A stretch of 64,000 nucleotides of DNA from Alphaproteobacteria bacterium (GCA_963422645.2 CAXXVO010000009.1:160001-224000), one strand, 5' to 3'. Numbered from the stretch's first letter, positions 1-10,239 are shown. Notes: generated from the letters alone by a model not told the origin. Translations and numbers: made by a program.

Positions 1-16
1 TTAGGCGGGCCAGGCC

Positions 17-1072
17 ATGCGTCTCGCACTCTATATCGGGCGAAGATTTCTCTTCCTGATTCCCCAGGTCTTTCTGATCTCGTTCATCACCTTCGTGCTG
101 GTGCGCCTGCTGCCGGGCGATCCGGCGCGGCTTTCGCTAGGCCCGCTTGCGCCCGAATCCTCGGTCGAGGCGCTGCGCGCCAAGATGTATCTGGACCGGC
201 CCATCCCTGAGCAATACGTGATCTGGCTGGAGAACGCCTTTCAGGGTGATTTTGGCGAATCCTGGGTCAACAACACGGAAGTGGCGGACGATCTGATCAG
301 CCGCATTCCGGTGACCCTGGAGCTCATCTTCCTCTCACTGTTCGTCGTCTTCCTGGTTCTGGTTCCGCTCGCCATCATTACCGCGAGCCGCACCAGAAAC
401 TGGATCGTGCGGATCTTCCAGAACGCCACCTTCGGCTACGGCATGCTGGCCGGTGCGCTGCCGGACTTCCTGCTCGGCCTGGTGCTGATCTTCTTCCTCT
501 TCGCCGGCGCGGCTGGGCTGATGCCGGCGGAGATTCTGCCGGGCCCGGAGGGCCGGCTCGGCATCCTCGACTTCGAGCCGCCCTTCGTGACCGGCTCGAT
601 CCTGATAGATGCGGCGCTGGCCGGCGACTTCGAAATCTTCTGGTCGGGCTTCATGCACCTGATCATGCCGGTCTTCACCCTCGCCTTCGTTTACGGCGCT
701 CCGATCTTCAAGATGCTGCGGAGCCAGATGGAGGGCGCGCTCAAGGCCGACTACACGACCTATGCGGAGGCCGTGGGCCTCGCGCCCACGATCGTGCTCA
801 CACGGGCCGCCCGGGTCGCCGCCGGGCCGACGCTGGTGATTACCGGCGTCGTGGTGATGTTCCTGCTCGGCGGCGCGGTCCTGGTGGAGCGCGTATTCAA
901 CTACGTCGGGCTCGGCCAGTACGCGATCAACGGCATCGTCACCGCCGATTACGCGCCCATTCAGGGCTTCGTCTGCTTCGCCGCGATCTTCACGATGCTG
1001 GTCTATCTCGCCGTGGACCTGATCCACTTCGCGATGGACCCCCGCATCAAGATCGGCGGAACCCAGGCCTAG
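17..1072 (+). CDS. ABC transporter permease, DppB/OppB family
   Basis: N-terminal RRFLFLIPQV...LPGDPA, multiple TM segments, EAA-like loop (DYTTYAEAVGL), C-terminal VDLIHFAMDPRI. Confidence 0.9.
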   Translation: MRLALYIGRRFLFLIPQVFLISFITFVLVRLLPGDPARLSLGPLAPESSVEALRAKMYLDRPIPEQYVIWLENAFQGDFGESWVNNTEVADDLISRIPVTLELIFLSLFVVFLVLVPLAIITASRTRNWIVRIFQNATFGYGMLAGALPDFLLGLVLIFFLFAGAAGLMPAEILPGPEGRLGILDFEPPFVTGSILIDAALAGDFEIFWSGFMHLIMPVFTLAFVYGAPIFKMLRSQMEGALKADYTTYAEAVGLAPTIVLTRAARVAAGPTLVITGVVVMFLLGGAVLVERVFNYVGLGQYAINGIVTADYAPIQGFVCFAAIFTMLVYLAVDLIHFAMDPRIKIGGTQA

Positions 1073-1118
1073 GGGCGGGTCCCGGAGCCGAAGATGAATA
1101 GGACCAGCATCCCCCTCG

Positions 1119-1208
1119 CGTCATGGCCGGGCTTGTCCCGGCCATCCACAAGAGCGCCCCGGTCTCGCCCGGCACCACTGGATGCCCGGAACCAGTCCGG
1201 GCATGACG
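1119..1208. repeat. CGTC-type REP-like palindromic element (alphaproteobacterial)
   Basis: CGTCATGGCCGGGCTTGTCCCGGCCATCCAC ... GGATGCCCGGAACCAGTCCGGGCATGACG: two hairpins in inverted arrangement, intergenic. Confidence 0.8.
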
Positions 1209-1267
1209 ATGTGGGGCCAACGGTCCTCTCGCGCATTCGCGGGTTGGGACACTAGGGGCGGCGCGCG

Positions 1268-2998
1268 ATGTTCTGGCTCCGCATCAAGCGCACACTCTGG
1301 GCGCTGCCGAAATGGCAGCTCGCCGTGCTGGTCATGTTCTTCGGGTGGATCTTCCTCACCATCTTCGGCCCCTATCTCGCGCCCTTCCCCACCGAGGTCG
1401 CCGAACCCACCACCCGCCTGCTGCCGCCCAGCGGCACCTACCCCTTCGGCACCGACGAGAACGGCATCGACATCTTCTCCCGCGTGCTGGCGGCGCCCCG
1501 CACCGACGTGGTGATCGGCGTCGTCGCCACCGCGATCTCGGTCTTCATCGGCACGCCGCTCGGCGTCATCGTCGCGCTCTACGAGAGCCGCGGCGGCGCC
1601 GGGTCCACCGCATTCGCCGAGACCTTCATGCGCGTGCTGGAGGTGATCCAATCCTTCCCCGTGTTCGTCTTTGCGATGGTGCTGGTGGCGGTCTTCGGCG
1701 GCAGCGTGACCAACATCATCATCGCCATCGCCTTCGTTAACACGCCAGTGTTCGTGCGCATCGTGCGCTCGGACGTGCTCTCGCTGGTGCAGCGACCCTT
1801 CGCCGAGGCCGCGCGCGCCGTCGGCAACCGCGAGGTGCGCATCGGCTTCCGCCACGTGCTGCCCAACGCCTTGCCGACGGTGATCGTGCAGGTCTCGGTC
1901 ACGGTGGGCTTCGCCATCCTGCTCACCGCAGGCCTGAGCTTCGTGGGCGCCGGCGTCAAGCCGCCGACGCCCGAGCTTGGCGCCATGATTGCGTCCGGCG
2001 CGAAGTTTCTGGAGATCGGGCAGTGGTGGGCCGCGTTCTTCCCCGGCGTCGCACTTGGGCTGATCGTCTTCTCCTTCGGCATCTTCGGCGAGATCATGAC
2101 CCGGGTGATGGAGCCGCGCGCAGTGAGGCGCGAGACCGACCGCCGCCGCGAGCACGCGCTGGAGACGGGCGGCGACGAGCCCGAAGTGCCCGAGGCCCCT
2201 ACCCTCACTCTCTCACACATGAGCGAGCCGGTGCTCGCGGTCGAGCACTTGGGTGTCGTCGCGGTCGACTCGCGCCAAGCGCTGCTGAGCGAAATCCATC
2301 TCGCGCTCGAGGCCGGCCACAGCATGGGGATCGTGGGCGAATCCGGCTCGGGCAAGTCTGTGCTGGTGAAGGCTCTGCTGCAGCTGCTGCCGCCGGAGCT
2401 TGCCGTCACCTCGGGCTCCGTGCGCTACCTCGACCACGACCTGCTCACGATTGGCAAGGGCTCGATGCGGGCGATGCGCACGACGCAGATCGCGGCGATC
2501 CTGCCCAACGCGAAGTCGCAGCTGAACCCGCTCACCAACGTCGGCGACATGCTGCGCAGCGCGCTGCAGGCACACGAGAAGATCAGCGCGAAGGAGGCGC
2601 AAGTTCGCTCGATCCAGCTGCTGGAGATGGTGGGCATCGTCGATCCGGCGCAGCGGCTGAGCGCCTTCCCCCACGAGCTGAGCGGCGGCATGGCCCAGCG
2701 GGTGTGTCTCGCCATGGCGCTGATGTACCGGCCCAAGCTGCTCATCGCGGACGAGCCGACCGCAGGGCTCGACGTGACGATCCAGCGCCAGGTGCTCGAC
2801 CTCACCCGCACGCTTGCCGAGGAGGCCGGCACGGCACGCCTCCTGATTACCGGCGACCTCGGCATCGCCGCGCATTACTGCGACACCGTCGCGGTGATGC
2901 AGGCAGGCAGGATCGTCGAAATTAACGAGACCGACCGTCTGTTCGACGCCCCCCGCCATCCCTATACCCAGCATCTGCTGGAGTGCGTGAGGGTATAG
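1268..2998 (+). CDS. Fused DppC-type permease and DppD-type ATP-binding protein
   Basis: N-half has FGTDENGIDIFSR and TM helices. C-half has Walker A GESGSGKS, signature LSGGMAQR, Walker B LLIADEPT and HPYT. Confidence 0.88.
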   Translation: MFWLRIKRTLWALPKWQLAVLVMFFGWIFLTIFGPYLAPFPTEVAEPTTRLLPPSGTYPFGTDENGIDIFSRVLAAPRTDVVIGVVATAISVFIGTPLGVIVALYESRGGAGSTAFAETFMRVLEVIQSFPVFVFAMVLVAVFGGSVTNIIIAIAFVNTPVFVRIVRSDVLSLVQRPFAEAARAVGNREVRIGFRHVLPNALPTVIVQVSVTVGFAILLTAGLSFVGAGVKPPTPELGAMIASGAKFLEIGQWWAAFFPGVALGLIVFSFGIFGEIMTRVMEPRAVRRETDRRREHALETGGDEPEVPEAPTLTLSHMSEPVLAVEHLGVVAVDSRQALLSEIHLALEAGHSMGIVGESGSGKSVLVKALLQLLPPELAVTSGSVRYLDHDLLTIGKGSMRAMRTTQIAAILPNAKSQLNPLTNVGDMLRSALQAHEKISAKEAQVRSIQLLEMVGIVDPAQRLSAFPHELSGGMAQRVCLAMALMYRPKLLIADEPTAGLDVTIQRQVLDLTRTLAEEAGTARLLITGDLGIAAHYCDTVAVMQAGRIVEINETDRLFDAPRHPYTQHLLECVRV

Positions 2999-3046
2999 TC
3001 CGGCACGAAGGGCGGCGAGACGACAAGCGAAGCGGACGAGACGACC

Positions 3047-4240
3047 ATGACGCGACATGTGGAGATCGCGGGCGGCGGGTTTACCGGGCTCGTCATGGGA
3101 ACGGCGCTGGCCCAGGCCGGCTGGACCGCGCGGGTTCACGAGCGCACGGAGGAGATCCGCGCCTTCGGTGCCGGCATCTGGATCTGGGACAACGGCGTGC
3201 GTGTGCTCAAGGCCATCGGCGCGGCGGACGACGCGCTGGAGGGCTGCACCGAGGCGCCGACCTACATCAGCCGCGACGCCAGGGGCCGCTACATCGACGA
3301 GGTGCCCTTTGCGCCCATCACCAGCACCGACCGCTCGCGCATGTTCTGCATCACGCGCCAGCGGCTCCTGAGCGCGATCCTGGGCGCGGCACAGCGCGCG
3401 GGCGTGGAAATCATCACCAGCTCGCAGGCGACCGGCGCGCGGCCCGAGGGTGTGCTGATCACCGAAGGCGGGCGCGAGTGGCCGGCGGACCTGGTCATCG
3501 GCGCGGACGGGATCAACTCGAACGTGCGGGACTCGCTGGGCCTGTTGAAGAGCCGCAAGCCCCACGTGGATGGCGCCATCCGCGTACTCGTGCCGCACGA
3601 GCCGGGCTATGCCGATACCGAAGAGGGCCGCACCATCCGCGAATGGTGGAAGGGCTACCGGCGGGTGCTCTACACGCCCTGTAACCGCGAGGTGTTCTAC
3701 CTCTGCTTCACCATGCTCGCGCGGGACAATGAGGCGAGCCAGATCCCCCTGCCGCGGGCGGTCTGGACCGAGGCCTTTCCGCACCTCGAATCGATGATCG
3801 GCCGCGTGCCGGACGAAGGACGCTACGACCGCTTCGAGACCATCAAGCTCAACGCCTGGAGCAAGGGCCGGGTGGCGATCGTGGGCGATTCGGCGCACGC
3901 GATGTCGCCGGGGCTGGGCCAGGGCTGTGGCACGGCGATCTCGAACGCCCTCTCGCTCTCCAACATGCTGCGCGAATCCGACGACATCGAGAACGTTCTG
4001 AGGCGCTGGGAGAAGCGCCAGCGCTCGATCTCCGAGCACACGCAGCTCTGGTCGACCATCACCTGGCCGCTCACGCTCTGGCCCCACTGGGCGGCGCGGA
4101 TCTATTACAACATGCCGATCCTGCATCCCTGGATGCTGGAGCAGCGGCGCAAGCCGTCGGAGTTCTACGCCTACGGCACCGAGACGCAGGTGCGCTGGAT
4201 GCCGCCTCATATGCGCCCAGAGGCCGAGGCGGCCGCGTAG
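3047..4240 (+). CDS. FAD-dependent monooxygenase, 2-methyl-3-hydroxypyridine-5-carboxylate oxygenase (MHPCO)-like, copy 1
   Basis: GGGFTG Rossmann motif, IRAFGAGIWIWDNG, ADLVIGADG, RVLYTPCN, RYDRFETIKL and VGDSAHAMSPGLGQG, which parallel the MHPCO sequence as recalled. Confidence 0.8.
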   Translation: MTRHVEIAGGGFTGLVMGTALAQAGWTARVHERTEEIRAFGAGIWIWDNGVRVLKAIGAADDALEGCTEAPTYISRDARGRYIDEVPFAPITSTDRSRMFCITRQRLLSAILGAAQRAGVEIITSSQATGARPEGVLITEGGREWPADLVIGADGINSNVRDSLGLLKSRKPHVDGAIRVLVPHEPGYADTEEGRTIREWWKGYRRVLYTPCNREVFYLCFTMLARDNEASQIPLPRAVWTEAFPHLESMIGRVPDEGRYDRFETIKLNAWSKGRVAIVGDSAHAMSPGLGQGCGTAISNALSLSNMLRESDDIENVLRRWEKRQRSISEHTQLWSTITWPLTLWPHWAARIYYNMPILHPWMLEQRRKPSEFYAYGTETQVRWMPPHMRPEAEAAA

Positions 4241-4266
4241 AAGAGACGGCTCGGCGCGAAGAGACC

Positions 4267-5460
4267 ATGACGCGACACGCGGAGATCGCAGGCGGCGGGT
4301 TCACCGGCCTCACCATCGGTGCGGTGCTCGCCCGAGCCGGCTGGACGGTGCGCGTGCACGAGCGCACGGCGGAGATCCGCGCCTTCGGTGCGGGCATCTG
4401 GATCTGGGACAACGGCGTGCGTGTGCTGAAGGCGATCGGCGCCGCCGACCACGCGCTCGACGGCTGTACCGAGGCGCCGACCTACATCAGTTGGGACGCC
4501 AGGGGCCGCTACATCGACGAGGTGCCCTTCGCGCCCATCACCAGCACAGACCGCTCGCGCATGTTCTGCATCACCCGCCAGCAGCTCTTGAGCGCGATCC
4601 TGGGCGCGGCGGAGCGCGCAGGCGTCGAAATCGTCACGCGCTCGACGGCGACCGGCGCGCGGCCGGAGGGCACGCTCATCACCGAGGACGGGCGCGAATG
4701 GCCGGCGGACCTCGTCATCGGCGCGGACGGAATCAACTCCAAGGTGCGCGACTCTCTCGGCCTCTTGAAGAGCCGCAAGCCCCACGTGGACGGCGCCATC
4801 CGCGTGCTCGTGCCGCACGAGCCAGGCTACGCCGACACCGAGGAGGGCCGCACGATCCGCGAGTGGTGGAAGGGCTATCGCCGGGTGCTCTACACGCCGT
4901 GTACCCGCGAGGTCTTCTATCTGGCCTTCATCATGCTCGCGCGCGACACCGAGGCGTCGCGGCTGCCCCTGGCGAAAGCGCTCTGGACCAAGGCCTTCCC
5001 GCACCTCGAATCGATGATCGACCGGGTGCCGGACGAGGGGCGCTACGACCGCTTCGAGACCATCAAGCTGAAGGCCTGGAGCGCGGGCCGGGTGGCGATC
5101 GTGGGCGATTCGGCGCACGCCATGTCGCCGGGGCTTGGCCAGGGCTGCGGCACGGCGATCTCCAACGCCCTCTCGCTCGCCAACATGCTCCAGGAATCCG
5201 ATGACATCGACCGGGTGCTCGCGCGCTGGGAAGCGCGCCAGCGGCCGATCTCCGAACACACGCAGCTTTGGTCGACGATCACCTGGCCGCTCATTCTCTG
5301 GCCGCACTGGGCGGCGCGGATCTATTACAACATGCCGATCCTGCACCCCTGGATGCTGAAGCAGCGGCGCAAGCCGTCCGAGTTCTACGCCTACGGCACC
5401 GAGGGTCAGGTCCGCTGGATGCCGCCCTACCTGCGCAAAGAGGTAGGAACCGTGGCATAA
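4267..5460 (+). CDS. FAD-dependent monooxygenase, MHPCO-like, copy 2 (tandem paralog)
   Basis: Same length (397 aa) and motifs as 3047..4240, highly similar throughout. Confidence 0.8.
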   Translation: MTRHAEIAGGGFTGLTIGAVLARAGWTVRVHERTAEIRAFGAGIWIWDNGVRVLKAIGAADHALDGCTEAPTYISWDARGRYIDEVPFAPITSTDRSRMFCITRQQLLSAILGAAERAGVEIVTRSTATGARPEGTLITEDGREWPADLVIGADGINSKVRDSLGLLKSRKPHVDGAIRVLVPHEPGYADTEEGRTIREWWKGYRRVLYTPCTREVFYLAFIMLARDTEASRLPLAKALWTKAFPHLESMIDRVPDEGRYDRFETIKLKAWSAGRVAIVGDSAHAMSPGLGQGCGTAISNALSLANMLQESDDIDRVLARWEARQRPISEHTQLWSTITWPLILWPHWAARIYYNMPILHPWMLKQRRKPSEFYAYGTEGQVRWMPPYLRKEVGTVA

Positions 5461-5514
5461 CAGGCCCCGGCAGGCGAGCGACCAAGCGCTTGCGATGTGC
5501 GGGAACATCGGCTC

Positions 5515-5826
5515 ATGAGCGACGACGATGATCGTGTGGAGTCTATGCTGAACCCGCCGCACCTGGGTGAACTGATCCGCGAAAGCATGGAAGAGGTCGG
5601 CTGGAACGTCACGGAGACGGCGAGCCGCATCGGCTGCGAGCGTGGGACATTATCGCGTCTGCTGAATGGCAGAGCTGGCGTCTCGGCAGCCATGGCCCTG
5701 GCCCTGGAAGACATCGGCTGGGGCACGGCCGAGCACTGGATGCGGATGCAGGCGAGCTACGAACTGGCGCAAGCGCGGCGGCAACGGGCCGTTGCTCTTC
5801 AAGCAGCGGGGAGCGGGGTCGCCTGA
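5515..5826 (+). CDS. higA: HigA-family antitoxin (XRE HTH), no adjacent toxin
   Basis: NPPHLGELIRE...TLSRLLNGRAGVSAAMALALE...AEHWMRMQASYEL, a typical HigA/VapI pattern. The start could be 5515 or 5545. Confidence 0.8.
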   Translation: MSDDDDRVESMLNPPHLGELIRESMEEVGWNVTETASRIGCERGTLSRLLNGRAGVSAAMALALEDIGWGTAEHWMRMQASYELAQARRQRAVALQAAGSGVA

Positions 5827-5884
5827 AGTCGGCTTCAGCGTCTCTGCGTTGGCCGCCGCGGAGCGCTAATCCGCAGAGGGTGGA

Positions 5885-8251
5885 TCAGGCGCGGCGCCGT
5901 GCCTGGTCGACGCAGGCGAGTGCGGCCATGTCGAGGATGGCGTCGGTATCGATCCGGTGCTTGGCGTAGAGCGCCGGAATGTCGCCGGATTCGCCGAAGC
6001 CCGTGACGCCGAGCGGATAGGCGCGGTGGCCGGCGACCGTACCGAGCCAGGAGAGCGCCGCCGGGTGGCCGTCGAGCACGGTGATGAGAGCCGCGTCGGG
6101 CGGCAACCGGCCGAGCAGGGCTTCGGCGTGGGTCGGCGGCACCGCCTCGCCCCTTGCGCGGGCCTGGGTCGCGTCCATCAAGTCGCCGTAGAGCCGGTCG
6201 GCAGAGGTGACGGCGAGCAGACCAACGCCCGGTATCTCGTCGGCCAGCGCCGCGTGGGCCTCCTGCGCCTCGGGCCCGATGGCGCCGGAGAAGGCCAGCG
6301 CCAAGGGGGCGTCCGGCGCGGGCTCCACCAGCCAGTAAGCGCCAGCCAGCAGATCGCACCGGAGCGCCGCGTCGATCTCGCGCTCGGGCTGGTCGATGGT
6401 GCGGGTGGAGAGGCGGCAGTAGAGCGCGCCGCCGTCCGGCTCCTGCAGGTGGCCGAAGCCCCAGAGCATGATCTCGGCGACCTCGTCGGCGAAGGCCGGC
6501 TCGAAGGAGATGAGCCCCGGCTGGCCCATGCCTAGCAGCGGCGTGCCGACCGACTGGTGCGCGCCGCCCTCGGGCGCGAGCGTGATGCCCGAGGGCGTGC
6601 CGGCCAGCATAAAGCGCGCGTCCTGATAGCAGGCGTAGTTCAGCGCATCGAGGCCGCGCGCGATGAAGGGGTCGTAGACCGTGCCCACCGGCAGCAGCCG
6701 GGCGCCGAAGAAGTCGTCGCTCAGCCCGAGCGCGGCGAGCAGGAGGAAGAGGTTGTTCTCCGCGATCCCGAGCTCGACGTGCTGGCCGTTCCGACTGAGC
6801 GTCCACTTCTGCATCGAGACCACCTTCTCGGAGCGGAAGACGTCCTCGCGGTCGGCGCGGTCGAAGATGCCGCGCTGGTTCACCCAGCCGCCGAGATTGG
6901 TCGAGACCGTGACATCGGGCGAGGTGGTGACGATGCGTTCGGCGAGCGGGCCCTCGCCCTTGCCGAGCTCGTTGAGGATGCGGCCGAAGGCCTCCTGCGT
7001 GGACATGCGGGGGCCGGGGCGGAAGGGCAGCGCGTCGGGCAGCGGCACGGCCAGCGCCGAATGCCGGCCCGGCTTGCGGTTGAAGGGGGCTGCCCCGATG
7101 AACGCCTCCAGGGTCTCATCGTCGAGCCCGAGGCCCGCGAAGCGCGACCATTCGGCGCCTTCGTCCACGTCCATCGCGGCCCGAAAATCGACCATCTGCT
7201 CTTCGTTCATGATGCCGGCGTGATTGTCCTTGTGGCCGGCGAAGGGCAGCCCGAAGCCCTTGATCGTGTACGCGATGAAGCAGTGGGGAAGGTCAGAATC
7301 GACCTCGCGCAGCGCCTCCAGTACCGCCTCCATGTCGTGGCCCGCGAGGTTGGTCATCAGATCCTGCAGGCCGCCGTCGTCGTAGTCCGCGAGCAGCGCC
7401 TTCATGCCTGCGACGTGGCCGATGTCCTGGCCGAGGCGTTCGCGCCAGGCGGCACCGCCCTTGAAGGTGAGCGCGCAGTAAAGCTCGTTGGGACAGTCGT
7501 CGATCCACTGGCGGAGCGCTTCGCCGCCGGGCTTGGCGAAGGCCGCCTGCTGGCGGAGGCCGTATTTGAGGATCACCACCTTCCAGCCGACCGCCTGGAA
7601 GAAGTCCTTGATCTTCTGAAACAATCGATCGGAGACGACACGGTCGAGGCTTTGGCGGTTATAGTCGATGATCCACCAGAGGTTCCGCACATCGTGCTTC
7701 CAGCCCTCCAGCAGCGCCTCGAAGACGTTGCCCTCGTCGAGCTCCGCGTCGCCCATGACGGCGATCATGCGGCCGAGCGGGCGCTGGTCGGGCGAGAGCT
7801 TGTGGGAGCGCACGTAGTCCTGGACCATGGAGGCGAAGAGCGTCATACCCACCCCGAGCCCGACCGAGCCGGTGGAGATGTCGACGTCGTCGCTGTCCTT
7901 GGTGCGCGACGGGTAGCTCTGGGCGCCGCCGAAGGCCCGGAAGTCTTCGAGCTTCTCGCGGGACTGATTGCCGAAGAGGTACTGGATCGCGTGGAATACC
8001 GGGCTCGCATGGGGCTTTACGGCGACCCGGTCGTTCGGCCCGAGCACGTCGAAGTAGAGCGCCGTCATCAGCGTCGCCACCGAGGCGCAGGACGCCTGGT
8101 GACCGCCCACCTTGAGCCCGTCGCGCACGGGGCGCAGATGGTTGGCGTTGTGCACCATCCACGACGACAGCCACAGCACCTTGCGCTCGAGCGCGTTGAG
8201 GCAGGCGAGGGTCTCCGGCGCGACGGCCGGCCTGTTGACGAGCTGGCTCAT
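5885..8251 (-). CDS. Transketolase-like / pyruvate dehydrogenase E1 (AceE-type) ThDP enzyme
   Basis: KVGGHQASCAS, ThDP motif GDAELDEG...N, EGGAHQS; 788 aa. Confidence 0.85.
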   Translation of the reverse strand: MSQLVNRPAVAPETLACLNALERKVLWLSSWMVHNANHLRPVRDGLKVGGHQASCASVATLMTALYFDVLGPNDRVAVKPHASPVFHAIQYLFGNQSREKLEDFRAFGGAQSYPSRTKDSDDVDISTGSVGLGVGMTLFASMVQDYVRSHKLSPDQRPLGRMIAVMGDAELDEGNVFEALLEGWKHDVRNLWWIIDYNRQSLDRVVSDRLFQKIKDFFQAVGWKVVILKYGLRQQAAFAKPGGEALRQWIDDCPNELYCALTFKGGAAWRERLGQDIGHVAGMKALLADYDDGGLQDLMTNLAGHDMEAVLEALREVDSDLPHCFIAYTIKGFGLPFAGHKDNHAGIMNEEQMVDFRAAMDVDEGAEWSRFAGLGLDDETLEAFIGAAPFNRKPGRHSALAVPLPDALPFRPGPRMSTQEAFGRILNELGKGEGPLAERIVTTSPDVTVSTNLGGWVNQRGIFDRADREDVFRSEKVVSMQKWTLSRNGQHVELGIAENNLFLLLAALGLSDDFFGARLLPVGTVYDPFIARGLDALNYACYQDARFMLAGTPSGITLAPEGGAHQSVGTPLLGMGQPGLISFEPAFADEVAEIMLWGFGHLQEPDGGALYCRLSTRTIDQPEREIDAALRCDLLAGAYWLVEPAPDAPLALAFSGAIGPEAQEAHAALADEIPGVGLLAVTSADRLYGDLMDATQARARGEAVPPTHAEALLGRLPPDAALITVLDGHPAALSWLGTVAGHRAYPLGVTGFGESGDIPALYAKHRIDTDAILDMAALACVDQARRRA

Positions 8252-8351
8252 GGGGCCTCCCCTCCGCCAAGTCTAGCGCAGACGCACCGTCGCGGCCATC
8301 GCGGCGCCGGAACACGCCGGTGAGCAGGATGGCGCGCGACGAGATGACCCG

Positions 8352-9011
8352 ATGAGCGCGCGCCTTCGCGGCGACGACGCGGCGGCGCGGGAGGCCGCCG
8401 CCATCACGCTCGCGGAATACGACAGCATGGCGGAGGCCTACCGCCGCGGCACGGCCGACCACGACGTGAGCCAGAACATCGGGGCCCTGCTCGACGCCAT
8501 CGCGGGCGCACCGCCCTACGCGATTCTCGATCTCGGCTGCGGGCCGGGCCGCGACCTGCGCGTCTTCACCGAACTCGGGCACGAGGTCACGGGGCTAGAC
8601 GGTGCGGCCGAACTGGTCGCCCTCGCCCGCGCGAAGACCCACTGCCCGGTGCTGCTGCAGGACTTTCTGGCCCTCGACCTGCCATCCGCGCAATTCGACG
8701 GGATCTTCGCCAACGCCTCGCTCTTCCACGTGCCGAGCAGCCAGATCGCGCGCGTGCTCGCCGACCTCGCGGCGGCGCTGAAACCCGGTGGCGTGCTCTT
8801 CTGCTCGAATCCGCGCGGCGACAACCAGGAGGGCTGGGTCGGCGGCCGCTACGGCTGCTTCTACGACCTGGAGACCTGGCGCGCCTACTGCACGGCCGCC
8901 GGCTTCGCCGAGCTCCACCACTACTATCGGCCGCCTGGCCGCCCGCGCCACGAGCAGCCCTGGCTCGCGACCGTCTGGCGCAAGCCCGAGGCCATCCAGA
9001 CGACAGCCTGA
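8352..9011 (+). CDS. Class I SAM-dependent methyltransferase
   Basis: ILDLGCGPGRD, FDGIFANASLFH. Confidence 0.85.
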   Translation: MSARLRGDDAAAREAAAITLAEYDSMAEAYRRGTADHDVSQNIGALLDAIAGAPPYAILDLGCGPGRDLRVFTELGHEVTGLDGAAELVALARAKTHCPVLLQDFLALDLPSAQFDGIFANASLFHVPSSQIARVLADLAAALKPGGVLFCSNPRGDNQEGWVGGRYGCFYDLETWRAYCTAAGFAELHHYYRPPGRPRHEQPWLATVWRKPEAIQTTA

Positions 9012-9039
9012 CCTGATCGACCTTCACCGGGAGAAAGCC

Positions 9040-10038
9040 ATGCGAGTACAGATCATCCCTGCATGGGGCGGGGCCGAGAACTTCGAGGCCGCGACCCTGC
9101 CCGATCCCGTACCGGGCCCCGGCGAGGTGCTGGTGCAGATCGCCGCCAGCAGCGTCAACCCCGCCGACTACAAGCTGCGCCAGGCCGGGCCGCCGATCGC
9201 GCCCGAGCTGCCGGCGGTGCTCGGCTGCGACGCGGCGGGGCGCGAGCTGGCGGTGGGCGACGGCGTGGAGGGCTTCGCGCCGGGGGATGATGTCTATGGC
9301 TGCGTCGGCGGCGTGCGCGGGGTGCCGGGCTGCTACGCAGAGATGATCGCGGCCGACGCGCGGCTGCTCGCGCCCAAGCCTGCGTCGCTCACGCTCCGCG
9401 AGGCGGCGGCGCTGCCGCTGGTCACCATCACCGCGTGGGAGGGGCTCGGCCGGGCAGGCGTGCGCGAAGGCCAATCGGTGCTGGTTCACGGCGGGGCGGG
9501 CGGGGTCGGCCACGTGGCGATCCAGCTCGCGAAGGCGCGGGGCGCCGTGGTCTCCACCACCGTCTCCTCGGAGGCGAAGGCGGCGCTGGCCCACAAGCTC
9601 GGCGCCGATCACACCATCGACTATCGGGCCGAGTCGGTGGACGACTACGTCGCGCGGCTCACGGAAGGCACGGGCTTCGACGTGGTCTACGACGCCACCG
9701 GCGGCAGCGACATCGCCGCGTCCTTCCAGGCGGCGCGGCTCAACGGGCAGGTGGTCGCCATCGTCTCGCGATACGACGCCAACCTTGCGCCCATGCACAT
9801 CAAGGGGCTCACGCTCCACGTGGTGTTCATGCTCCTCCCGATGCTGCACGATGTGGACCGCGCCGAGCACGGGCGCATCCTGCGGGAGGCCGCAGCGCTG
9901 GCCGTTGCCGGCAGGCTCCGCCCGCATCTGGACCCGCAGCGATTCGACCTCGCCTCGGTCGCCGACGCCCACCGCCACCTCGAAAGCGGGCACGCCGTGG
10001 GCAAGGTGGTGATCGACGTGGCGGAGGGTCTGGCTTAG
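9040..10038 (+). CDS. Zn-independent MDR / NADPH:quinone oxidoreductase family
   Basis: SVNPAD, LGCDAAG, VHGGAGGVG, GKVVI. ATG at 9040 follows GGAGA. Confidence 0.85.
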   Translation: MRVQIIPAWGGAENFEAATLPDPVPGPGEVLVQIAASSVNPADYKLRQAGPPIAPELPAVLGCDAAGRELAVGDGVEGFAPGDDVYGCVGGVRGVPGCYAEMIAADARLLAPKPASLTLREAAALPLVTITAWEGLGRAGVREGQSVLVHGGAGGVGHVAIQLAKARGAVVSTTVSSEAKAALAHKLGADHTIDYRAESVDDYVARLTEGTGFDVVYDATGGSDIAASFQAARLNGQVVAIVSRYDANLAPMHIKGLTLHVVFMLLPMLHDVDRAEHGRILREAAALAVAGRLRPHLDPQRFDLASVADAHRHLESGHAVGKVVIDVAEGLA

Positions 10039-10239
10039 CCCGCATTTCTTACACCGGACGATGGTGCGGTGGACGGCGGGGGTGGAGGGCGCAACATGCC
10101 GGCATGAGACGTGTGACCCTTGTGACAGGACCGATCCGGCGACCCGGACGTTGCAGGCGTATCGCAGGTGCCTCAATCTGCCCCTCGAACAACTGCGATT
10201 AACCCCCCTCCGCGGCCCGTTTTGCACCGCTTTGGCCCG

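Noticed and set aside
2213-8323. Long antisense ORFs (e.g. 2213..4210, 4207..5562, 6557..8323) and similar ones elsewhere
   Set aside because: They are shadows of real genes on the opposite strand in high-GC DNA and have no recognisable motifs.
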